From Rebecca billardiae RCC1528 (taxonomy: Eukaryota; Protista; Haptophyta), in the NCBI GenBank assembly GCA_965240325.2, contig OZ251237.1, positions 558,001 to 622,000 of the forward strand: a stretch of DNA of 64,000 bases, given 5' to 3'. Positions within the stretch are counted from its first letter, which is position 1; every line of letters begins with the position of its first letter. The notes under the pieces were generated by a model. It was not told the DNA's origin, searched no databases, and was given only the letters and a program-made list of their open reading frames with translations. Shown here piece after piece: positions 54,131-64,000 of this stretch. The position numbers and the translations under genes are program-made.

Positions 54131-54619
54131 CCGCCATAAAATTAAATACCCGCCATTCCCCTTTATGACGGGCTCCGGGTGATCAGATCATATCATATCG
54201 GACGAATAAGCACTGCTGCTACTTCAAGCAGATCGACAACCGTGGCGACTGATGATGACAGCCTGCGGCTCGGTGCTGCTCCAAATAACTAACGTTCAGT
54301 GTTTATTGTGTTAGACCTTGGTCCGTTGAAGTGGTCCGTTGAAGCATGCCATCGTCATCTGTACGAGTAAGCTGCGGAGTGTCGGGCCATGCAGGGTAGC
54401 CGGCAGTGAGCGGCGCAGCGCGCGCGCGCAGGGGCAGTGTGAGCACGCCACACCGCACGGCGGAGGTGCGCAGACGCGCGCCCCCGCAGTCCTCCGGCAC
54501 GTCTCGGGAGGGCCGCGCAAGCGCACCCGGCCCCCCCATCCCGGGCCGCCCTGCGGCCTCCGGACCTGCCTGCCCCAGCTGTACCTAGAGCCAAGGCGGC
54601 GCGCGGCTCATCCCGGCCC

Positions 54620-56302
54620 TCAAAACAGCTGGGGGCTGCCAGACAGTGCGAAAGACAGCGCGTGCTGTGGCAAGAACGTATGATGGAAGAGGGCACCGAG
54701 AGCAGGCCCTCTGCTGGAGTCTTGCGTGCGAGAGTGCACGCGCGTGCGCCCGTGCGCGTGGGCGCCCCGCCCCGCGCGCGCCGCGCGCAGCGACGCACCC
54801 ACTCGAGGCTTGTGCTCGAAGGCGCTCTGCGCCGCGCGCCACGCGCGCTCAATCGTCTCATCCACGGCCGACGTGTAGCCCGCAGCGGCGGGGTCGGCAT
54901 GCGCGAGGCTCGGGCGTGGGGTGGCGTACGCGGGCGGCATCGACAACGGTGGCGGCGCCCCGCGCGGCGTCGGCCGAGCGGGGCGCGTCAGCGTGCCCAC
55001 GGCCGGCGTCCTGCTCACCCACGCGCCGTGCGCGCCGAGCGAGTGAAGCGGCGGCGTGTGCTGTGGCGGCGTGCGCCGTGGCGGCGTGTGCGTGCGCCTC
55101 GGCGCAGCGCCAGCGCCAGAGGAGATGGCGCGGGCGTGCGCCGCGGCGTACGAGTCGATGAGCTCGGATTCGGCCGCGCTGTGCGCGAGGGAGGCGTACG
55201 AGCCGCTCCCACGCACGCCGCTGCTCGCATCCACGCTCGGGCGGCGGAGGCGGGGCGCGCTCGCCGGCCGATGCGAGCGCGCGCGGCCGTGCTCCGCCAG
55301 CCGCCGCTCCGAGCCTCGGCTGAGCTGCGGCGTGAACGTGCAATCCTCCAGCTCCTGAAGCTCTCGGCGGATGCGCGCCTCCTCCGCCTCGCGCGCGAGC
55401 TTCGCCCGCGCCGCCACCGCACGCTCGTACATCGCCGCGCCGTCGCCCGTGCCGCGGCTCTCGGGCGGCGGGTCGAAGTGCGAAATCCGCTCCGGCTGAA
55501 AGCTCAGCTCCGCCTCGGCCGCGTCCGCCTCCTCGTCGCGCGCCGCGGCGAGGCGGTGCTCGCGCTGCTCAATGAACTCGCGGCCGCGCTCGTAGATGTC
55601 CTTGGCCGACGGCGCGTCCGAGTGCCGCCGCCTGCTCGCCGTCTTGGCAGGCTTGGGCGGCCGCGTCGGCGTCGCGCCGTACCGGCCCGCGACCGAAGCC
55701 TTGGTCGAGGCCGTGTACTGCTCCGAGCGCCGCGCGGCGAGGTGCCGCGAGCCCGGGGCCATGCGCGGCTGCTCGGTGGACGCCGCGTCGATCTCGGTCT
55801 GCAGCGCCTCCGCGTGCGCCCGGCGACGCTCCAGCACCTCGAGCCCGCGCGCGTACAGATCCTCGCCGAGCAGCAGGGCACGGTCATCCGCCTCGGCGGT
55901 CCGGGCCGGGCGCGACTCCTCCTCGGCCGCGGCGGTGTACGCCTTGAAGCTGGCGGTCGGGGCGGCGATGTCGTCGATCGTGCGCTCGAGCCCGGTCGAG
56001 TATGCGTTTATCCTCGGTCTGAACGCGTCCGGGCCGGGCCCAGGCGCAACCGCCGCCTTGCGCGCCGCCCAGCTCTCCTCCGATTGCTCCCAGCCCGACA
56101 CCGGGCCGGCGTAGCCGGTCGCGTTGAGAATGTGCGCGGAGACCTCGCTCACGAACGGCACGGGCGCCGTCGCATTCGCCTCGAGCTCGGCTCGCCTCGC
56201 CTCCGCCTCGCGACGCAGGGCCTCCAGACGCTGCTCGCGCGCCTGCAGCCACTCCTGATTGCGCTGGTAGACGCCGCCCCCCGATTGATGGGCTGCCGCC
56301 AT
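54620..56302 (-). CDS. Hypothetical protein with repeated F.P.I / CTF.P motifs and charged helices; 3' end uncertain (likely intron near 54800)
   Basis: Starts MAAAHQSGGGVYQRNQEW. Repeats PFVSE, FRPRIN, LSFQPE and DCTFTPQL, with LYARG/IYERG/MYERA helices. The ORF extension upstream of 56302 runs into the transposon TIR. Confidence 0.65.
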   Translation of the reverse strand: MAAAHQSGGGVYQRNQEWLQAREQRLEALRREAEARRAELEANATAPVPFVSEVSAHILNATGYAGPVSGWEQSEESWAARKAAVAPGPGPDAFRPRINAYSTGLERTIDDIAAPTASFKAYTAAAEEESRPARTAEADDRALLLGEDLYARGLEVLERRRAHAEALQTEIDAASTEQPRMAPGSRHLAARRSEQYTASTKASVAGRYGATPTRPPKPAKTASRRRHSDAPSAKDIYERGREFIEQREHRLAAARDEEADAAEAELSFQPERISHFDPPPESRGTGDGAAMYERAVAARAKLAREAEEARIRRELQELEDCTFTPQLSRGSERRLAEHGRARSHRPASAPRLRRPSVDASSGVRGSGSYASLAHSAAESELIDSYAAAHARAISSGAGAAPRRTHTPPRRTPPQHTPPLHSLGAHGAWVSRTPAVGTLTRPARPTPRGAPPPLSMPPAYATPRPSLAHADPAAAGYTSAVDETIERAWRAAQSAFEHKPRVGASLRAARAGRGAHAHGRTRVHSRTQDSSRGPALGALFHHTFLPQHALSFALSGSPQLF

Positions 56303-56354
56303 AGCGTCATCGTACGGTTCGCCGTGCGCGTCGCACTGAAAAACTTGGATGGGT

Positions 56355-59300
56355 TCCCCCCCCCAAGAAGGGCTCAGCCCTCGATTTGCGCGCGGGACGC
56401 GCGCCGTCGAAGTCGCGCTTTCGCCGCTTCTGAAAAGCGCCGTGGTACCTTTCCGCGCGCTGCGCGCCAGTGGGCGCACAGTGGCGGCCGCGCGCCGCCG
56501 CGCGGGCCGCAGCCTCGCGGCCACTGGCGCCACCGCGAGGCCGCGCGCTCGGGCGGCGCGGGCTGCCAGCCGCGCGTAGGAGCCCGCCGCGCGCGCTCGG
56601 CCCGGCTCGCGGCCTGCTCGCCGCCCGTGCGCTCGGCACGCGGCCGGCGCGACCCGGGCGGCGCGGCGCGCGAGGTTCGCGCGCCCGCTCGGCGGGCGCG
56701 TGAGCGAGTCGAGCGCGTTCGGTCGGCCGCGCCTGGGCGAGCGTGTCCGCCACAGGCTGTAGCGAGCCGGGCTCCCTCGCCTCGACGCCCGAGGCGGTGC
56801 GCCGCGCGCGTTCTGTGCCGGTCTGCGGCGGCGCAGCGGCTGCGCTCGCGCACGGACGGCCGCTGGGCTTGGATGGGCGCTCTCGAGCGCGTTTGGCGGC
56901 GGATCCCGCGCGGAGGGCTGGGGCAGGCACGGCATTCCGCTCTGTCCGCGCCCGGCCCGCCTCGTGACGGAGGCCTTGCCCATCGACCGCTCGCGCGCCT
57001 CGCCGCCGGCGCTCGACCGGAGTCGGGCGTGGGCCGCACGCGCCGCGCGCGCCGCGCGCCCGCCCGGTCGGCCCATGAAGGCGATGCGATGTGCTCTTCA
57101 CATTGCCTGGCTCCCGCGTGCGCTGGCTGGTCGCACGCCTTCCTGGACGTCGCCTTTGGCGCGCCTCGCTCCAGCATGCGCGCGTGTGTCGCTGTGCACG
57201 CCGTGGACACAGGTCAGAAGTGTTGCAATCGTGAGCGGAGCTTAGCCCGTGGGCTGCACGCAGCTCGCCCCGTGCCTGATTTAATCGCTGGGCGCGCGAG
57301 AGGCTGTGCCACACACATCCAGGTGTGCGCCAGTAGATAGCACGTGGCTGCGTCCAACACGTCTAGGCGGAAGGTCGGGTGAGTCTAACAACTTGAGGCG
57401 GCGACCCGAGTACCTGACAACAACGACGGCCGAGCCCGTGGTGCACACGCCAGCTGAGACTCTCTGGCTGACAGGTCAGAGCCGCCACCACCGATGCCGT
57501 GCCCGCTCCGGTGCGGCTAGGCACATCACCGAGCGAACATGCGCCATCACGGTGTGCCCGAGGCAGGTCCGAGGCAGCCCACCATGCTGGCCGACATCAT
57601 CTCGGGCTCGGCACCGCAGGACAGCAGCCGCTGGCCGAGCAGAGGCACTCGCGTGGCCCATAGTGTGCTCGCAAGTTCGCTCGGCCCATCAGGCGCTGCC
57701 TCCCGAGGGCGAGATCGCGGTGGGCCACCGACCGTGCGCGCCGGCCAACCTTGCCTCAATCGCCAAGCGCAAGCACCCCGCCATCTGCTGCCGCTGCAGA
57801 GGCGCGCTGAGGGCGCAAGCCAGCCTGTGTGACCGTCTGTCAGACAGAGGCATCATTGGTGACTGCTCGTGTAGCCGTGCCATCCAGAGTGCACTTAAGT
57901 GGGGCGAAATGCTGGTGGTCAGGCGGTAGAGGCTGTGCCCCGTGTCACACGCGGACGTCGCAGTGCGAAAGAGCACGCCGAGGCGGCGCTGCAGGTAGCG
58001 AGTGCGGTTGAGAATCATGCCCGATTGACACTGCTGCCTGTATTGTCAGCGTTGCTTGCAGGAAGGGCTGGCTGCAGGTGCCACCCAGCCCACCGGCCGG
58101 CCAACCGCTGTCGCCACCACTATCGCCGCTGGCATGCCCGCCACCATTACCGCCACCGTCTCCGCCGCTAAGCCCGCCGCGTAGAACGCGGCCGTCGCCG
58201 CCGCCACGCCCGCCACCGAGCTCGCAGCCGAGCCCGCAGCCATCACCGCCACCGTCGCCCCCTCCTCCCAATCCGCCGCCGAGCCCACCGCAGATCCCAC
58301 TACCACCATCGCTACCACCATCACCGCCTGCGTCGTCACCACCTAGTCCGCCGCCGTCATTACCGTCATCATCACCGCCCAGTCCGCCGCCGAGCCCAGA
58401 GCGTCGTCGCCGCCATCGTCTCTGCCACCATCGCCGCTGCCCAGCCAGTCTCAGGGTACACGCAGCCGTCATCGCGCGGTCGTCGTGCAGTATTCAAGTT
58501 CAACGACACTGCTACATCAGCGGGCCGGATGGCGATCCCAGGTGCGCATGGCAACGGATGTCAAGCAATGTCGTCCGCTCAGCAGGTGTACGTTCCCTAC
58601 ATCCATGCTGCTGCTCGGGCTCTGGCGAGTCTGGCAGACCTGTCGGCACTGCACACGCGCGGGCTCGCGCGTGCACACGCGCGGGCTCGCGCACACAGTA
58701 GCAGACTAAGTGCAGCACTGCTGAGTGAACAGCACGCGCACAGCCATGGGCACGGTATGCCTAGCACGGCCGTGAGACGGGCGGGCACGGGTGCGCTGGG
58801 GCGGCCCAGGCTGCATCAACTGCCCCCGTCGCTCGCCAACACTCTAGCTGGGCCTGCTAGCTCAGCTTGTGTTCATGCGCTGCCGGCGCTCAGTCGGCTC
58901 GGCACAGTCACTGCAATGGGCAATAGCGCTTTGTGCCCTGCCGGCCCCGCCTGCTGGCGCTGCGCCAAGGTCAGCACAGTGGTGGGCCCATTGGGCGCGG
59001 ACAGCAGCACGCGCCGCGCGTCTCATGTCTGTGACCGCTGCCAGTTCGGGCACTCAAAGGGCCGCAGCCAGTGGACGGTCCAGACCCCGCATGAGCGCTG
59101 AGCAAGGCGAGGAACGAGTGCGACCGGCTGAGCAGAGATGCCAGCTGAACAGTAGGCTGCTGCAACTGCATTGCCCTCGCGTGCCGCTGGATGCCGCGCT
59201 GCCTTCGTGGGCCGACCGGGCGGGCGCGCGGCGCGCGCGGCGCGTGCGGCCCACGCCCGACTCCGGTCGAGCGCCGGCGGCGAGGCGCGCGAGCGGTCGA

Positions 59301-59928
59301 TGGGCAAGGCCTCCGTCACGAGGCGGGCCGGGCGCGGACAGAGCGGACTGCCGTGCCTGCCCCAGCCCTCCGCGCGGGATCCGCCGCCAAACGCGCTCGA
59401 GAGCGCCCATCCAAGCCCAGCGGCCGTCCGTGCGCGAGCGCAGCCGCTGCGCCGCCGCAGACCGGCACAGAACGCGCGCGGCGCACCGCCTCGGGCGTCG
59501 AGGCGAGGGAGCCCGGCTCGCTACAGCCTGTGGCGGACACGCTCGCCCAGGCGCGGCCGACCGAACGCGCTCGACTCGCTCACGCGCCCGCCGAGCGGGC
59601 GCGCGAACCTCGCGCGCCGCGCCGCCCGGGTCGCGCCGGCCGCGTGCCGAGCGCACGGGCGGCGAGCAGGCCGCGAGCCGGGCCGAGCGCGCGCGGCGGG
59701 CTCCTACGCGCGGCTGGCAGCCCGCGCCGCCCGAGCGCGCGGCCTCGCGGTGGCGCCAGTGGCCGCGAGGCTGCGGCCCGCGCGGCGGCGCGCGGCCGCC
59801 ACTGCGCGCCCACTGGCGCGCAGCGCGCGGAAAGGTACCACGGCGCTTTTCAGAAGCGGCGAAAGCGCGACTTCGACGGCGCGCGTCCCGCGCGCAAATC
59901 GAGGGCTGAGCCCTTCTTGGGGGGGGGA
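56355..59928. mobile_element. 3574-bp non-autonomous element with 728-bp TIRs and a 4-bp TSD (GGGT)
   Basis: 56355-57082 is the reverse complement of 59201-59928 (3 mismatches seen). Termini are TC9AAGAAG and CTTCTTG9A. GGGT lies at 56351-56354 and 59929-59932. Confidence 0.92.
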
Positions 59929-60034
59929 GGGTGGTCGCGTCGTCGACTCGCCCGTGCATTCAAAAAATAGAAAACCCGCGGATTGCGCGCGAAAAGAACG
60001 CGCCTCCAGAATGATACAATAGCCGCGAGCCAGC

Positions 60035-61183
60035 ATGGCGGTCGGCTCGCGACTCCTGTGCTCGCTCGCGGTGTCGCTCGGCACCCGGCCGATGCGAACG
60101 CGCATGCACGCTGCGGACTCGGTCGATGCGCCTGGCCTTGGGGATTACGATGCTCCGTCCAGCGGGCTGCCGCCCGCACCGGCGGGCGCCGAGCGCGCGC
60201 ACCGCGCGGGCTTTGTCTCGATCGTCGGCAGCCCAAACGTGGGTAAGTCCACGCTGATGAACCGCTTGCTCGGCGAGCACATGAGCATCGTCACGCCGAA
60301 GGCATCGACGACTCGGCAGCGTATTATGGGCATCGCGAATGAGCCCGACTGGCAGATCGTCTACTCGGACACGCCGGGTGTCGTCAAGCCCAAGTACAAG
60401 CTACACCAGGGGATGATGAGCGCCGTCCGCTGCGCCATCGAGGACGCGGACATCATCCTCTTCGTCACCGACGTGCTCGAGAGCGGGTTCCGGGACGAGA
60501 AGATGCTCTCGCGCGTGCAGCGTGCCTCGGTCCCGGTCCTGCTCATCATCAACAAGGTGGACCTCCTTGATCGCCCACAGCGCGGCCGCGCGCGAAAACG
60601 CGCGCCGCGCGCTCCGCCTGGTGCCGCCGCCGCCGCCGCTGACGACGACACGGGCGGCGAGGAGAAGGACGGCCCGCCGCCGATGGACCTGCCCGGGATC
60701 CGAGCGTGGTGGTCCCGCGTGCTGCCCGACGCGGAGGTGCACGAGGTCTCCGCGCGCAACGGCTCGAACGTCGAGCTCGTGCTCGAGCGCGTGCTGCACC
60801 TTCTCCCTGAGCACCCTCCGTTCTACGACAAGGCGCAGCTCTCCGACCGGCCCGAGAAATTCTTCGCCGCCGAGTTCGTGCGCGAGCAGATCTTCGAGAC
60901 GTACGAGGACGAGGTGCCGTACTCGTGCGAGGTGGTCGTCGAGAGCTTCAAGGAGCTCGACAACAAGATCGTCTGCGAGGCCGCCGTGCACGTCATGCGC
61001 GATTCGCAGAAGGGGATCGTGATCGGACACAAGGGCCAGAAAATCAAGGAGGTGACGGAGCGCGCGCAGCGCTCGCTGTACCGCTTCTTCGGCAAGCGCT
61101 TCGACCTGCGCCTGCGGGTGAAGGTGAGCAAGGGCTGGAGGGCGGACGATGCGCTGCTGCGCGAGTTCGGCTACCTAATGTGA
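60035..61183 (+). CDS. era: GTPase Era, organelle-targeted
   Basis: GSPNVGKS, STTR, DTPG and NKVD, KH domain (SQKGIVIGHKG), EVPYS, and an N-terminal targeting-like extension. Confidence 0.95.
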   Translation: MAVGSRLLCSLAVSLGTRPMRTRMHAADSVDAPGLGDYDAPSSGLPPAPAGAERAHRAGFVSIVGSPNVGKSTLMNRLLGEHMSIVTPKASTTRQRIMGIANEPDWQIVYSDTPGVVKPKYKLHQGMMSAVRCAIEDADIILFVTDVLESGFRDEKMLSRVQRASVPVLLIINKVDLLDRPQRGRARKRAPRAPPGAAAAAADDDTGGEEKDGPPPMDLPGIRAWWSRVLPDAEVHEVSARNGSNVELVLERVLHLLPEHPPFYDKAQLSDRPEKFFAAEFVREQIFETYEDEVPYSCEVVVESFKELDNKIVCEAAVHVMRDSQKGIVIGHKGQKIKEVTERAQRSLYRFFGKRFDLRLRVKVSKGWRADDALLREFGYLM

Positions 61184-61862
61184 CGGTGCGAGCTCAAGGC
61201 CCGCGGTGCCGGTAACTTGTGGGCTGCGTGTACAGTAAGTACCAGTACGTACGCGTTGGCGTTGGCGGCGTTAGCCGCGCTGGCGCCAGTCAGGTGCCGC
61301 TGCTCATCGCATATGCGCGCTGCGGACATTGACAGGCTGCTGAGGCTTGTCGCCGCCTCCACCTCATCAGCACGTCTGGGTGGCAGCAGGTCCCGCGTCT
61401 CAGTCCGGATTCGCTCCGCCACTGCTGGTAGTGGCGCTGCCTGGCGCCGGTCGGTCCGCGCAGCGTGCGCGGCAGCGCGCGGCGTGCGCGCGTCGTGTGC
61501 GCAGCCGTGCGCGCGCGTCGCGCCACATACGCGGCGCAGCAAAGTGATGTTGACGACGTGCGTTCGATCTGTGCGCTGATGATGCTGATCATTGACGAGC
61601 GCGCAGATTAAAATATATACTGATGCGACGATGCATCGTCATCGCCGATCATTCTGCGCTGCTGCTAACTACTGTCTACTGAGGCTGAGCCGCCGCCGGA
61701 GGCCGCTGGCCAGGCGGATCGGAGTTTGAGAGTTTCGGACGGATCGTCTTCAGTAGAGTGAGTGAGTGAAGTAAGAGTCTTCACTCACGACTCACTCTTA
61801 TTAGGAATATATTCTGAATTAGTATTATAATAATAATAATAATGTCGTAGTCATTATCGATC

Positions 61863-64000
61863 ATGGCCCGCGGTGCAGGGCGGAGCGCGTAGCGTGGAGC
61901 CCCGCCGGGGGCCCTCACTACGTTGTCAAAAAGCAGATCTTTTGATCAAAGAAAAGGGGACGGGGGACGATTTTGAGGGCTGTTGGAGGGTGAGTTTTCG
62001 CTTTTTCGAGGGGTACATTCGCCCATTGCTCTGCATTAGCAAGACGCGATTGACGAAATAGCCGCGCCCGGGCCATTTCGCATATGTCGATGGACGGACG
62101 TGCATTTGTCAGTATATCTGGGTGAACGAATCTGCGATTTGTTGTAAATCTTCATAGCATATTGCCAAATAGGACGAGGACCCAGCGCGTGCGCTGGAGG
62201 TCCTGGGCTCCTGGCAAAAAGTCTTCGTCAAGTACTCAACTTTACTAACGACGAACCTTTATTGCGCGGTGCCAAATTACTCAACTTTACACCTGAATGA
62301 CCCCAGTGGGCGGAAATGGCCATATCTCCCGGAGATCGGGAGTACTCACACGTGTGAGTCATGTTTCGTCCTTTTTCCCGAGACGTTGATTGGTCAAACG
62401 CTCAGCATTCTATGTCCACAATTCCATATCGACACAACACAACTCCTACCAACCTGTGTACTAAAAACCTTGGGTTAGCTGCACAACGACCAATCAGCGC
62501 GCAGCGAGCGGAGAGACTCGAAAACCGAGAATCACTCACGCATTTACTATGATGTTTGCTCTTCGCCCATGCCAACTTTGCTATTGACAAAAACGCAGCG
62601 GCTTGGTTACGACCCATAGAAAGACGACCACCAATCAGCACACAGCAAACGAGACAACCTTCACTTTCGAGCGGGCGAAAGGAGCTTTGGCCTTCAACCC
62701 GCAGGCATATGCGTTCTGGCGCTGGCCTTCGTTCGGCGCCCGAGCATCATCGGTAGACGTGTGGCGTGCCGGCCCACGGTCCGCCGCCCTCGCCCTGCTC
62801 ATCTTCATCGTCTCCTCATCCTCCTCGTCGTCCGCGCCGCCGCCGTGCGCCAGCGCCTCCGCCAGCGCGGCGCCGCGCAGGTGCTCGCGGAACAGCACGA
62901 CGGCGCCAGAGCGCGCCGGCCGGCGTGGCGCCGGCGGGCGGGCGCGCGGCGCTCAGCGCGGTGCCGAGCAGCCCGCCGAGCGCGCGCAGCTGCGCACCCG
63001 CCGGCAGCTCGAGCAGCGCCGCGTGGCACGCGCCCGCGCCGGCGGCGCCGAGCTCCGCGCACAGCACGGACAGCCCTCGTGCCCACGCCGCCGCGCGCCC
63101 GCCCGCGCCCGCGGCGTGCAGCGCGCCGAGCGCGGCGCCGAGCGCGGCGCGCGCTGCGGACGTGTCGGCGGCGCACAGCGCACCCGCCACCGCGCCCAGT
63201 GCACACGCGGCACACGCGAGCAGCTTGAGCACGCTCGCGCATGCCAACTGCGAGTGCGGAGGCGCTGGGCGCCGAGCTGGCGAAGCGCGGCGCCGAGCTC
63301 GACGCGCTGCGCGACGCGGAGACGGACGCGCTGGGCGCGCGTGGCGCCCTCGTCGCGACGCCCCGTGCAGCAGCTCGAGCAGCCAGCTGTGGAGTAGACG
63401 GCCGTCGAGGCGATCGGCGCCGGGCGCCAGCGCGCACGGGCTCAGCCCGTGCCGCTGGCTCGGGCCGCCGCAGCCGTCTTCGAGGCCGACGCGGCGGAGG
63501 AGGCGGCGGGCGAGCACGGCGGCGCGGTGGAGCAGGCGCGCACGCGCGGCGGCAGGCGCGACGCGCCGCTCGCCTCGTTCCACCCCGAGCTCCGCTCGGT
63601 CTCGGTGCGCGGCTGCCGGCAGCGCAGGCCGGGGCAGCACTGCGCGGCGCGCGCTCTCGCTCCGTCTGCCGGCACGAGGTGCGCCGGCTGAGTGAGCGAC
63701 CAGCGGCCCGTCGTCGAGCGCATGGCGCCGCGCGAGCACGTCAAGCAGACTGTGCGCCCGCACGCGCGCACGCGCTGGCCCGCGCCGCGCGGCGCCTATC
63801 GCCCTGCCTGCGCGCGCGCGCCGCCCCGCGGCGGCCGCTTCCCCGCGCGGCGGCCCGCCGGCGACAGTCCTCGGCCCGCCGGCCCGGTGGGCGGTAACTG
63901 AGTTGTGGCGGTGGCAGCTCCGAGGCAAACGAACTGTTACACATGTCCGACTGAGACAGCAGCCGACGGAGGGTGCACCGCGGGCCCCTAACTGCGTTGG
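61863..64000 (+). mobile_element. Non-autonomous Helentron/HINE-like element, copy B (3' end runs past the window)
   Basis: GGCCCGCGGTGCA at 61865 and TGCACCGCGGGCC at 63974-63986. The first ~140 bp are homologous to the reverse complement of 7730-7868. The last ~40 bp are homologous to the reverse complement of 6211-6253. Confidence 0.7.

Noticed and set aside
56303-57076. N-terminal extension of the 818-aa ORF, and mirror ORFs at 58869-60022
   Set aside because: Read-through of GC-rich TIR sequence; no transposase motifs.
61198-61209. GGCCCGCGGTGC matching the element subTIR
   Set aside because: Isolated 12-mer without flanking homology; plausible by chance at this GC content.

Overview
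Very GC-rich, intron-containing eukaryotic nuclear DNA. Introns are about 115-340 bp, mostly GTGCG...GCAG. Composition and the flagellar and organellar genes suggest a flagellated alga, probably a haptophyte such as Pavlovales (inference). About 19 protein-coding loci: two tandem VWD/Cys-repeat/Pro-rich surface proteins, NDC1, SAC3/GANP, a gamma-carbonic-anhydrase-like protein, a PAS-REC-PAS-ankyrin response regulator, an XK-family pseudogene, CRAL-TRIO, DNAAF4, a tandem D/D-domain protein, CYB5D1, a mitochondrial carrier, CEP162, SPC24, PPR-TGM, a possible Ig-fold transcription factor, an actin fusion, a hypothetical protein and Era. Many are head-to-head pairs. The most striking gene (49084-51516, minus) encodes a signal/anchor, a degenerate methyltransferase-like domain, an RRLQ motif and a full-length actin whose nucleotide-binding residues are selectively replaced. 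Intergenic DNA holds non-autonomous elements that appear to carry host-gene fragments: two related Helentron/HINE-like elements, a 3.6-kb element with 728-bp TIRs inside a divergent promoter, and a TA-flanked TIR element. There is also a CRE-like retrotransposon fragment. All family calls come from motif recognition by eye; no searches were run.
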